From: Dehalococcoidia bacterium
Lineage (GTDB): Bacteria; Chloroflexota; Dehalococcoidia; Lucifugimonadales; CBDBON01
Assembly: GCA_965198105.1 (NCBI GenBank)
Contig: OZ240240.1
Coordinates: 797,221 to 861,220 of the forward strand
Direction of reading: 5' to 3'
Length of the DNA stretch: 64,000 bases
Position numbers and translations under genes: made by a program. The notes under the pieces were generated by a model, which was not told the DNA's origin, searched no databases, and saw only the letters and a list, made by a program, of their open reading frames with translations. Shown in pieces: positions 36,849 to 45,111 of this stretch (position 1 is the stretch's first letter; every line of letters starts with the position of its first letter).

Positions 36849-37853
36849 CTACCTGTCGGCGTTCCACGTCTCCGCGCGGCGCATGAACACGGAGGGATCC
36901 GCCAGCCACTCCGCGTAGCCGATGCGCCGACCATCGACGAGGTACTCGATCTTCTCATCGAGGCAGGAGAGCAGCTCCGCGTCTTCCACGTCGAGGGTGA
37001 AGCCGCCGCGCTCCACCTCGGAATCGAGGGCCGTGACGACAAAGGCGCCGCCTGATTCATGGGAGGCGTCACGGTTGCCTATCTCTCCCCTGGCCACCGC
37101 GTCGATGGTCCCGTCTGCAAGCGCTGCGAGGAGCTCCTCCTCCCCAGAGGTATCCCCAAGATAGACCACCTGGGGCAGTGTCTCCGAAGGCGGATAGACT
37201 CGGAGTCTTCCCTCTAGGCTCGGGGACTCTCCGGCGGCGGTGATGGAGTAGTCGGCGCTGCCGTCTGCAACCACCTCGCCCTGCGGCGTCTCGACGCGCG
37301 TTCCGGAGGCCAGCACGCCCGCGGCGTTGGCCAGACCGGTCAGCACGAGCAGACGCGCCTCTCCCGTCGTGCCTGCAAGGGCGCCGACACGCACGTCGCT
37401 CGTCAGCTTATCGTGGCCGGCCAGGCGCTCCACGTCTTCGACGCGCACCAGGAGCGACTGGCGGAAGATGATATGGCCCGACGTGAAGGCGGCGACCCTC
37501 TCGCCGGCCGCGTTCCGGGTCCGGGAGTCGAGAATTGTGATGCCGCCGCCGACAATATCGTAATCCGGTCCGGCGGATTGGAGCCATATGTCGTCCCAGA
37601 GCGCGATGGGCTTGCGGGAGAAGGAGAGCCCCGCGCCGTCCATCGCCTCGAGCGCAGTCAGCAGGTCGGCCTCGTAGCCGGCGTGCGTGTCGAACCCTTC
37701 GGACTCCGGATCGTCGTCCGCGCTGTAGCTGACTGGCGCGAAATAGGCGTAGAAGCCGACGTCGAGAACGCGTCCCTCCTCCGCACAGGCGTCCGTCTCC
37801 TCCGCCTCGGAGGCGCAGGCCGCAAGACACAGGAGCAGGGCGCCGAGCCCTAT
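36849..37853 (-). CDS. Family-3 solute-binding lipoprotein (5' end anomalous, possible frameshift)
   Basis: SBP_bac_3-like body (YDIVGGGITILDSRTR, VGALAGTTGE). The in-frame sequence upstream of the first ATG (37643) encodes a lipoprotein signal, VIGLGALLLCLAAC, but that frame has no ATG/GTG/TTG. A strong SD plus GTGGTG lies in another frame at 37871-37876. Confidence 0.65.
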   Translation of the reverse strand: MGLGALLLCLAACASEAEETDACAEEGRVLDVGFYAYFAPVSYSADDDPESEGFDTHAGYEADLLTALEAMDGAGLSFSRKPIALWDDIWLQSAGPDYDIVGGGITILDSRTRNAAGERVAAFTSGHIIFRQSLLVRVEDVERLAGHDKLTSDVRVGALAGTTGEARLLVLTGLANAAGVLASGTRVETPQGEVVADGSADYSITAAGESPSLEGRLRVYPPSETLPQVVYLGDTSGEEELLAALADGTIDAVARGEIGNRDASHESGGAFVVTALDSEVERGGFTLDVEDAELLSCLDEKIEYLVDGRRIGYAEWLADPSVFMRRAETWNADR

Positions 37854-37870
37854 GACTCCCGCGGAATTGT

Positions 37871-37930
37871 CACCACCTACCTTCCTCCCTCCCTTCGAAT
37901 ATCGTCACCACCTACCTTCCTCCCTCCCTT
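37871..37930. repeat. 25-bp direct repeat (2 copies, 35-bp period) duplicating the SD-GTG region
   Basis: CACCACCTACCTTCCTCCCTCCCTT occurs at 37871-37895 and 37906-37930. The minus strand reads AAGGGAGGGAGGAAGGTAGGTGGTG. Confidence 0.9.
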
Positions 37931-37955
37931 TGAGGCCGTCTCAAGACAGACATCT

Positions 37956-37985
37956 CCTGGATTCCGGCTTTCGCCGGAATGACGG
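37956..37985 (-). repeat. Family-D hairpin element (GGATTCCGGC-TTTC-GCCGGAATGACGG)
   Basis: ATTCCGGC/GCCGGAAT is a perfect 8-bp stem. Same ATTCC...GGAAT plus GTCATTCC architecture as 31221-31270, in the opposite orientation. Confidence 0.6.
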
Positions 37986-38020
37986 TGTCTTGCGCTGTTC
38001 GCGCCGCGTGTCCGCTACCC

Positions 38021-38521
38021 TCACACTCCCGTGTCGATGGGCCAGTCTGGCAGCACGCCGTCGAGTATCGGCTCCATGAGCCGCGCGAGCTGCCTAGGCA
38101 CGAAGGTCTCGGAGTCGTCGGCTGCCTTGATCTCCTCAGCCGTCCACCAGCGGCACTCGTGGACGTACTCCCTCTCGTACACGTCGAGATGACGAGGCCG
38201 GGGAACGAAAGCCGCGACGCGCACCAGGTAGAAGCGTTCGTGCGACTCGTTCCAGACGTCACCCCACCGCCAGGTGTGGCGGCGCTTCCAGACCCAGGGA
38301 CCGAGAGCCACCTTCTCGAGTCCGGTCTCCTCGTAGAGCTCGCGGAGCGCCGCCTCCTCGTACGTCTCGCCCTGTTCCAGGCCGCCCCCCGGCGTGATCC
38401 AGAGCCTCACTCCACCATCTTGGGGAAGCGACACCCGCATCAGCAGTATCCTGCCGGACTCGTCCAGCAGCAGGATTCGTGCCGATGGGCGGGGAAGCGG
38501 ACTGTCCTGGGTGCCCGCCAC
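38021..38521 (-). CDS. NUDIX hydrolase
   Basis: 166 aa. Nudix box GGGLEQGETYEEAALRELYEETG. Confidence 0.85.
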   Translation of the reverse strand: MAGTQDSPLPRPSARILLLDESGRILLMRVSLPQDGGVRLWITPGGGLEQGETYEEAALRELYEETGLEKVALGPWVWKRRHTWRWGDVWNESHERFYLVRVAAFVPRPRHLDVYEREYVHECRWWTAEEIKAADDSETFVPRQLARLMEPILDGVLPDWPIDTGV

Positions 38522-38534
38522 TCCCGCGAAGGGT

Positions 38535-39395
38535 CTAGACCCGCTTCTTGAGACCGGCCAACACCTCGTTGAGGCTGCCGGAGCGGAAGCCGTCGAGATC
38601 GAGGGTCACGTAGGAGTAGCCGATGGAGCGGAAGTAGTCGGTCACCCTGGCGCGCGTCGTCTCTTCGGCCAGCGTCAGGAGGTCGGCGAGCTCGACCTCT
38701 ATGCGCGCGATCGTGTCGTGGTGCCGGACGCGAAGCTGGCGTATTCCGAGGCCGTGCAGGAACTCCTCCGCCTTCGCGATGCGCTCCAGGGCCTCGACCG
38801 TGACGGGAGTCCCGTACGGTATGCGGGACGACAGGCACGCCTGCGCCGGCTTGTCCCAGGTCGGCAGACCCATCTCCTTCGAGAGAGCGCGTATCTCGGC
38901 CTTCGACAGGCCGGCCTCGACCATCGGACTGCGGACGCCGTACTGTCTTGCGGCGTTCAGCCCGGGACGGAAGTCGCCAAGGTCGTCGGTGTTCGTCCCG
39001 TTGGCGATGTGGCCGTACCCCTCCCGCTCAGCGTAGCCGGAGAGGTAGGTGTACAGCTCGTCTTTGCAGAAGAAGCAGCGGTTCGGGTCGTTGGCCGCGT
39101 AGTCGTGCCGCTCGACCTCGTGCGTCTCGACCACCCGGTGGTTGAGGCCGAGCCGGGCGGCCAGGTCAACCGCGTCGCGAAGCTCAGAGGGGGCCAAGCT
39201 CGGCGATTTGGCGGTGACCGCCAAGGCCCTTGGGCCCAGCGCCTCGTTCGCCGCGGCGGACAGGAAGGCGCTGTCGACGCCGCCGGAGTAGGCGACGATG
39301 AGCGAGCCCATATCGCGCAGGATGGAGCGCAGCGTCTCCATCTTCCGCTCGACGGCCTGTCTGTCCAGGACCTGTATCTCGGCCTGTGAGGTCAC
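38535..39395 (-). CDS. larE: PP-loop ATP pyrophosphatase, LarE/TIGR00268-like sulfur transferase
   Basis: 286 aa. PP-loop VAYSGGVDSAFL. GTG start. The symbol is tentative. Confidence 0.65.
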   Translation of the reverse strand: MTSQAEIQVLDRQAVERKMETLRSILRDMGSLIVAYSGGVDSAFLSAAANEALGPRALAVTAKSPSLAPSELRDAVDLAARLGLNHRVVETHEVERHDYAANDPNRCFFCKDELYTYLSGYAEREGYGHIANGTNTDDLGDFRPGLNAARQYGVRSPMVEAGLSKAEIRALSKEMGLPTWDKPAQACLSSRIPYGTPVTVEALERIAKAEEFLHGLGIRQLRVRHHDTIARIEVELADLLTLAEETTRARVTDYFRSIGYSYVTLDLDGFRSGSLNEVLAGLKKRV

Positions 39396-39616
39396 GGCCC
39401 TAACTCCAACTGGCGCCTGCTTTCACGCCGATTGTACACCCTAACGACAAGGGCGGCACAGGGCGTGTACTGCGGCCTTCTGCCTCCCGGAGAGTCTGGC
39501 GGCGAAGAGGGTCAAACTGTCCTCAGGTGTCGTATCTTCATGCATCTTGCCGTTTTCCGTATCTGGCCTAGGGTTGGGATCGTCAAAACCGCCTCATACC
39601 TATCTGAATTTTTGAC

Positions 39617-39660
39617 TTTACTCAATGCACTGAGCAATTTTACTCAAGACGTTGAGTAAA
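39617..39660. promoter_or_regulatory. Tandem inverted-repeat (operator-like) site in the AT-rich spacer downstream of the restriction gene
   Basis: TTTACTCAA-TGCAC-TGAGCAA, followed by a perfect TTTACTCAA-GACG-TTGAGTAAA (39639-39660). Confidence 0.3.
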
Positions 39661-39732
39661 CCGCCTTCGTTCCTACGCTGCGCAAGCCGTCGGACCACTG
39701 GGTCCTGTGACCGCTCACGGCCGCATCTTGCC

Positions 39733-40344
39733 TCAGGGCGCGACGCCGATAAGCACCAGCGGGACCGCCGGGATGCCTCGTCCCTGCCGCATGATATTGA
39801 GCAGGTCGCGTTCGTAGTAGGGCACTCCCGAGGACATCTCCCTTTCAAGCTCCTTCATCGGCAGGATCTCGACCCCAACGTCTATGACATCGGAGACGAA
39901 AAACGCCATGTGCTTCACGAAAAGATCGTGCGCCACGAACGCGTATTTTCCGAACTGCACCTCGACAGCCACCCGCTGTTTGACGAAGTCGGTCTGATTG
40001 TAGGAGTAGATCGGCTCCTGCCTTGCCGCTTCTATAGCCGCCTTCTGCTGATCCGACGATAGATTGGCGGTGCTACGGACAATCCTGTGGTCGGCAGTCA
40101 CCCAGAATCCTTGCCTACGCTGCTCCCAACCGCGTTCCTTGAACCCTGCGGTCATCGCCTTGTTCATGTCGATCGGCGAGTAGAGCAGATCGCCCGCCAT
40201 AGTCTTTTCGCGGGAGACTTTCGTACGACACGCCTCGGCATCAACCGAGTCGATGATTTCAAGTATTTCGTTCCAGAGCTCCCTATGGTGTACTAACAGG
40301 AACTCTTCGCCGTTGAGGTGCGAGTACCGAGCAGCCACCCGCAT
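39733..40344 (-). CDS. BglII/BstYI-family type II restriction endonuclease
   Basis: 203 aa from MRVAARYSHLNGEEF. As far as I recall the BglII sequence, RELWNEILEII, LLYSPIDMNKAMTAGFKERGW, TDFVKQRVAVEVQFGKY (D-X9-E-V-Q catalytic pattern), SSGVPYYE and VPLVLIGV line up with it. The start overlaps the methylase stop by 1 nt. Confidence 0.75.
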   Translation of the reverse strand: MRVAARYSHLNGEEFLLVHHRELWNEILEIIDSVDAEACRTKVSREKTMAGDLLYSPIDMNKAMTAGFKERGWEQRRQGFWVTADHRIVRSTANLSSDQQKAAIEAARQEPIYSYNQTDFVKQRVAVEVQFGKYAFVAHDLFVKHMAFFVSDVIDVGVEILPMKELEREMSSGVPYYERDLLNIMRQGRGIPAVPLVLIGVAP

Positions 40345-41258
40345 CAGTGTCCACCTCTGGGCTTGGTCGGGTCGTAGACCGGCTTGCCCATCGGCCGGGT
40401 CCTCAGCGTCCCCGCCTGTAGATCCAGAAGCCTCTGCCGCGCGATGTCCACGTACTCCTGGACGATGTCGCACCCATAACCGCTCCGGCCGTGCATGACG
40501 GCGGCGACGATGGAGGTGCCCACCCCCATGTACGGATCGAAGACCGCGTCTCCCGGATCGGTCAGCGACAGCACCAGCCGCTCGACCAGCTCGACCGGGA
40601 ACTGGCAGGGATGGACCGTCTTTTCGACGTGGTTGCTCTTGACGTTGGGGAACACCCACACGTCGCTCGGATTCTTGCCCAGCGGGTTACCGGACAGCTT
40701 GCCGACGTTCGGCCCCTTGAAGTGACGCTTGTTAGGGTACTTCGACGGCACGCGGATCGGGTCCAGATTGAAGGTATAGTCGTCCGTCTTGGTGAACCAG
40801 CTTATCGTCTCATAGCGTCCAGACAGCCGCCTGGACGAGTGCAGACCGTGCTCGAAGTGCCACACTATCCGGTTGCGGAGCCTCAGTCCGTGCGACTTGA
40901 AGATCGGGTAGAGCGCGCTATCTAGCGGCACGACCTCCCCGTCACTCACGTAGTTTCCCACCTGCCAGCATATCGAGCCGGTCGGATGCAACAGACGTAC
41001 GCACTCCGCGATCACCTGCGACTGGCCGTCCAGATAGTCGTCCAAGGGAGACCGTTTTTCGTAGGACTTGCCGAGGTTGTACGGCGGCGACGTGACGATC
41101 AGCTTCATGGAGGCGTCGGGCAGACCGGCCATGAACTCGATGTTGTCCTGGCAGACGATCCGGGACGCCGACTCGGTCTCCTCGCGGCCGGCCTCGGCCT
41201 GCTCCTGACCCACGACGCCGAATCGGAGCTGCGTGCCGGTGGTCGGTCCGTTACCCAA
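40344..41258 (-). CDS. Beta-class DNA methyltransferase (N4-cytosine or N6-adenine; SPPY type)
   Basis: 304 aa. Motif IV IVTSPPYNLGK precedes motif I FDPYMGVGTSIVAA, the beta-class order. Confidence 0.85.
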   Translation of the reverse strand: MGNGPTTGTQLRFGVVGQEQAEAGREETESASRIVCQDNIEFMAGLPDASMKLIVTSPPYNLGKSYEKRSPLDDYLDGQSQVIAECVRLLHPTGSICWQVGNYVSDGEVVPLDSALYPIFKSHGLRLRNRIVWHFEHGLHSSRRLSGRYETISWFTKTDDYTFNLDPIRVPSKYPNKRHFKGPNVGKLSGNPLGKNPSDVWVFPNVKSNHVEKTVHPCQFPVELVERLVLSLTDPGDAVFDPYMGVGTSIVAAVMHGRSGYGCDIVQEYVDIARQRLLDLQAGTLRTRPMGKPVYDPTKPRGGH

Positions 41259-41261
41259 ACC

Positions 41262-42140
41262 CTATTCCTCCATCATGGCCTGGATGAGTGCGCGCATCTC
41301 GGCGATGTAGTCCTGGTAGCTGCGGTTCTGGTACTGGAGTATGCGCTGCGACTCCTCGGTATCGTACCAGTCGACCCATCCGGGCGTCTCCCGGTAGGTT
41401 GCCAGCTCGACGGGCGCGCCCATCACGTCGTAGAAATCCCTCACGTAGTCGCAGCCGCGCAGCTGCCAGGTCGCTCCGCCGCCGACGTTGAACACGCTGC
41501 CGCCCGCGCCGGGAGCGGATATGGAGGCGCACAGAGCATCGGCCGCGTCGTCCCGGTGCACCATCTCCACGCGCTGATCTTCCATGAAGGGCCAGGGGTC
41601 CGGCGGCTCCAGGAAGGTGGGGACGACTATCCCGGCTATCCGCAGCACCACCGTGTTGGTCAGCGAAGATTCCCGCACCAGCCTCTCGCCCTCGATCTTG
41701 CTCTCCGCGTAGGTGTCGATGGCCGACTGGCCTCGGTCCACGCGGACCGGCGGCTCACCCGCGCTGGTGTCTCCGTAGGTGCTGATGGAGGATGTGAACA
41801 CCAGCCGACCGCCGGGGTTGAGCCGCTCCATCGCGTCGACGAGGTTCCGCGTACCGCCGACGTTCACCCTGAGTGTGAGGTCCCTGTCCCGCTCGCTGTT
41901 GGGAGGGAGCAGCGCCCCGAGGTGCAGGACCGCGCCGGAGCCTTCGACCGCGCGGCGCACTCCGTCGGCGTCGGTGATGTCGCCTCTGACGATCTCCACG
42001 CCGGGCCTGTCCTCCAGACCCGCGAAGTCCATCGCCGGCAGGTCGAGGACCCGCACGCTCCGGCCGGAGCTGACCAGCCTGTCCACCACCCGCCGTCCGA
42101 CGCTTCCCGCCCCGCCCGTCACGAGCACAGGGCGCGTCAA
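41262..42140 (-). CDS. NAD-dependent epimerase/dehydratase family protein
   Basis: Rossmann VLVTGGAGSVGRRVV. TTG at 42140 overlaps the upstream stop (TTGA), and GTG at 42128 is an alternative start. The track ORF extension to 42533 overlaps the upstream gene. Confidence 0.75.
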   Translation of the reverse strand: MTRPVLVTGGAGSVGRRVVDRLVSSGRSVRVLDLPAMDFAGLEDRPGVEIVRGDITDADGVRRAVEGSGAVLHLGALLPPNSERDRDLTLRVNVGGTRNLVDAMERLNPGGRLVFTSSISTYGDTSAGEPPVRVDRGQSAIDTYAESKIEGERLVRESSLTNTVVLRIAGIVVPTFLEPPDPWPFMEDQRVEMVHRDDAADALCASISAPGAGGSVFNVGGGATWQLRGCDYVRDFYDVMGAPVELATYRETPGWVDWYDTEESQRILQYQNRSYQDYIAEMRALIQAMMEE

Positions 42141-42484
42141 GTCAGGGTGACCCCCTTCATCCCGGCCTTCTCGATCAGCTTCTGAGCGTTTGCGATCATC
42201 TGGGTCAGCGCCGGGCCGAACTCGTCCCACCGCTCCGACCTGCGGAGCTCGAGGAGCGCTGCGGCGTCGCGGCGACAGGTCCGCGTGGCTGGCACGCTCG
42301 GTATCGTCTTGAAGAAGAAGGTGCCGCTCACCTTCTCGAACTTCTCGACGATCTCGGTGACGGAGTCCTCCCAGGCCTGGGAGCCGCCGTCCGCCGAGCC
42401 GAGTCCCTGCGCGATCTCCCGGCAGGCCGCAGTGGTGTCTTCGAGGAGCTGCTGTCCTGACTGCATCTTCGGCTCCGTCGTCAC
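42137..42484 (-). CDS. Hypothetical protein
   Basis: 115-aa ORF with a non-artefactual composition, tightly coupled to the epimerase gene. No motif recognised. Confidence 0.45.
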   Translation of the reverse strand: MTTEPKMQSGQQLLEDTTAACREIAQGLGSADGGSQAWEDSVTEIVEKFEKVSGTFFFKTIPSVPATRTCRRDAAALLELRRSERWDEFGPALTQMIANAQKLIEKAGMKGVTLT

Positions 42485-42521
42485 TCCGTCCTGTTCCCTT
42501 CCTTCGTCGGCGGGGAAGGAT

Positions 42522-42565
42522 CCCCCATCTCAATCTTCCCCCTCGGACGGGGGAAGAGGTAAGAG
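42522..42565 (+). repeat. Family-A palindromic intergenic element
   Basis: CCCCCATCTCAATCTTCCCCC-TCGGAC-GGGGGAAGAGGTAAGAG, between the DUF362 gene and the hypothetical gene. Confidence 0.85.
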
Positions 42566-42633
42566 GACGGCCCTCGCGGACCTCTGATCCCTTCCCCCGG
42601 CTCTGCGGAGGAAGGTCAGGATGGGGGCGTCGT

Positions 42634-44049
42634 CTAGTCGTCGGCGGGGGCGAGCTCCTTCACGTCCATCTCGACGTGGCCGTTTACGGAGTGCTCGTAG
42701 TGGCGCTTCATCGCCTCTAGGTCGACCTCGTCCTCGCGGGCGTAGCCTCTGCCTTCGTGCCTGTCGTAGGGGAAGGGGGTGAACTTCTCGAACTTCTCCT
42801 TGAACCGCTGGCGGCTGGCCCTCCGGTCGTAGGGGAAGCGGTGTCTGAGCGGATCGGCCGGCTCGACGTCGACGAGCTCGTAGTCGCGGCTTCCGAGCCC
42901 GATCGTGTGGCCGGTGTTGATGCTCGCAACCTCGCTCTGACCGTGGAAGGTGGCCGCGGCCGCCTCGAACTTCGCGTCGCCGGGCCGGTGCGCCTCCATG
43001 ATCTCCGCCGCCGAGCCGGGTATTCCCGGCGACATCCTGGCGGCGTCGACGCACGCCATGTCTATCGCCACCGGGTCCTTGCTGGCGAACACTCCGAGAT
43101 GGGGCACTATCGGCACGTCCGCGTGGTTCGCGCAGTCGCATCGGGGGGAGATGTCGATAGCCATGTTGATGTAGCCGACCTTGTCCCGTCCGACCGCCTT
43201 CTCGACACCGAGCGCGGCGTCCGCGATGGCGACGTCCACCGCGTCGAAGTTGACCTCCGGGACGTCGATGATCCCGCGCGGCCCCATCACTCCGAGGCAT
43301 CCGAGGCAGGTGGCGCACCGTTCCCGCTCCCACTCGATCTCGTCCCGGTCGTTGATGTGCCACAGGTCGAAGGGGCAGCAGTCCTCCAGGTCGCGCCAGT
43401 CGGGCGTCTTGTCCTTGCCCTCGAACGCCTCCGGGTGGAAGACCGTCGCCGCGCCGATGCCGTACTTCGGATGCCCGCCCATGTGGACGTTGAACTTGCC
43501 GCGCTTCGACTGCGCCCCTATGCCGATGTTCTTGAGGGCGCCGCCGATCACGCCCATGCTGTGCCCCTTGAAGTGGGTGAGGGCGATCAGCACGTCGGCC
43601 GCCGCGATCGCCTGGGCGACGTAGGTCTCCTTGAGGAGGTAGCCCTCCGGTATGTCGACGCGGTAGTCGCTGGTGCCGATGAAGCCGTCGGCGACGATGA
43701 AGGGGCAGCCGAGCGTCGCGGAGCTGTAGCCATTGCGCTCCGCCGTCTGGAGCAGGTCGAGCTCCGTCGACCGGGAGCTCCACGGCGAGTAGGTCGCCGT
43801 CGTCGTGTCGCAGACGAAGGGGCGGCCATCCAGCTCTTTCACCCGGTCGGCCAGTGCGCGGGCGTAGACCGGCCTCAGGTAGGCGGAGTTGTTCCACTCG
43901 CCGCAGTGGATCTTGATCGCCACCACGTCATTCGGTTTGATCATCTCGTCGAGGCCCGCCGCGTCGAACACGGTGAGCATCTTGGCCGGCAGCGCCGTCT
44001 CGGTCGACTCGGAGTGAGCGTCCATATAGTAGACCTTCGACCTGGTCAT
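42634..44049 (-). CDS. DUF362 domain-containing protein with a C-terminal extension
   Basis: 471 aa. VAIKIHCGEWNNSAYLRPVY, LTHFKGHSMGVIGGALKNIGIG, and a Cys cluster CATCLGC. Confidence 0.7.
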   Translation of the reverse strand: MTRSKVYYMDAHSESTETALPAKMLTVFDAAGLDEMIKPNDVVAIKIHCGEWNNSAYLRPVYARALADRVKELDGRPFVCDTTTATYSPWSSRSTELDLLQTAERNGYSSATLGCPFIVADGFIGTSDYRVDIPEGYLLKETYVAQAIAAADVLIALTHFKGHSMGVIGGALKNIGIGAQSKRGKFNVHMGGHPKYGIGAATVFHPEAFEGKDKTPDWRDLEDCCPFDLWHINDRDEIEWERERCATCLGCLGVMGPRGIIDVPEVNFDAVDVAIADAALGVEKAVGRDKVGYINMAIDISPRCDCANHADVPIVPHLGVFASKDPVAIDMACVDAARMSPGIPGSAAEIMEAHRPGDAKFEAAAATFHGQSEVASINTGHTIGLGSRDYELVDVEPADPLRHRFPYDRRASRQRFKEKFEKFTPFPYDRHEGRGYAREDEVDLEAMKRHYEHSVNGHVEMDVKELAPADD

Positions 44050-44141
44050 CTCTGCCCTCCCTGGCTAGAACAGGCCCGTATGGGCCGCCGTATCGGTGGG
44101 ACCCCGCGCGCGTGCGTTCTTAAATTGTTCGATTTCCGGTG

Positions 44142-44170
44142 AGCCTAGCACCGTGTCTCCGGGTTGTCAA
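44142..44170 (-). promoter_or_regulatory. Candidate promoter for the DUF362 gene
   Basis: Minus strand reads TTGACA-N17-TAGGCT, with a TG at the extended -10 position. Confidence 0.4.
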
Positions 44171-44262
44171 TTTGATGAGACCGGATGTTTGGGCGATTCC
44201 CATTTGACCCGCCGGACGGGTAGAATACTCGGGCGCACAGCATACTCGACCGGAGGACGCGC

Positions 44263-45111
44263 ATGCCGCGAGTCGTAGCCGAGGTAACGCCCCACGTACA
44301 GCGCATCGCCGTCGGGCCCGAGGGATCGCCCGGCCAGTACCCGCCCAACGTCTTCCTGATAACCGGTAGCTCCGGCGCCGTGTTCGTCGACACGGCCTAC
44401 GGGCACGACGACGAGGTGGAGACAGCGCTCGACGCCTGGAGGTCCAGGGGCTCGCTGCCCGTCGCCGCCATCGTGCTCAGCCACAGGCACGTCGACCACA
44501 TCGGCGGCGCCGGCCGCCTCGGAGAGGCCACCGGGGGGCGGATCGTGGCCCACGCGGACGAGATGAAGGGCATAGAGGAGCACGCCCCCGGCCTCCGCGT
44601 CGACGCCACTGCCTCGGATGGCGAGAGGATCGACCTCGGCGGCGTCACCCTCGAGTACGTCGACACGCCCGGCCATACGATGGGAAGCATCTGCGTCCTC
44701 TACCGGGAGGAGGGCCTGCTCTTCACCGGCGACACCATCCTGGGCGGCAGCACAACGGCGATCAGCCCCGATCAGGGCGACATGGGCCTCTACGTCGAGT
44801 CGCTTCACAGGCTGCTCAGCTACGACGCCAGGATGATCTGCCCCGGCCACGGTCCCATCATCAAGAATCCGAGAGCCAAGATCGAGAAGCTCATCGAACA
44901 CCGGCAGGCGCGGGAGCGCAAGATAGTGGAGCTGCTGGAAGGCGGCGCGGAGACGGTCGAGCAGCTGTTTGCCGCCATGTATTCGGGCCTGAAGCCCGCG
45001 CTCCACGACTCGGCGCGCAGCCAGGTGCGTACCCATCTGAAAAAACTCGAACGCGACGGCAGGGTCCGCGCCGGGGCCGACGGCGCCTACCGGATGAGCC
45101 GGACGTCATGA
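44263..45111 (+). CDS. MBL-fold metallo-hydrolase
   Basis: 282 aa. HRHVDHIGG (HxHxDH) and downstream His/Asp ligands. Confidence 0.85.
   Translation: MPRVVAEVTPHVQRIAVGPEGSPGQYPPNVFLITGSSGAVFVDTAYGHDDEVETALDAWRSRGSLPVAAIVLSHRHVDHIGGAGRLGEATGGRIVAHADEMKGIEEHAPGLRVDATASDGERIDLGGVTLEYVDTPGHTMGSICVLYREEGLLFTGDTILGGSTTAISPDQGDMGLYVESLHRLLSYDARMICPGHGPIIKNPRAKIEKLIEHRQARERKIVELLEGGAETVEQLFAAMYSGLKPALHDSARSQVRTHLKKLERDGRVRAGADGAYRMSRTS

Noticed and set aside
39432-39659. 75-aa ORF in the AT-rich spacer as a missing controller (C) protein of the R-M system
   Set aside because: The translation shows no helix-turn-helix pattern and has odd composition. The ORF is on the opposite strand to the R-M genes and has no RBS.
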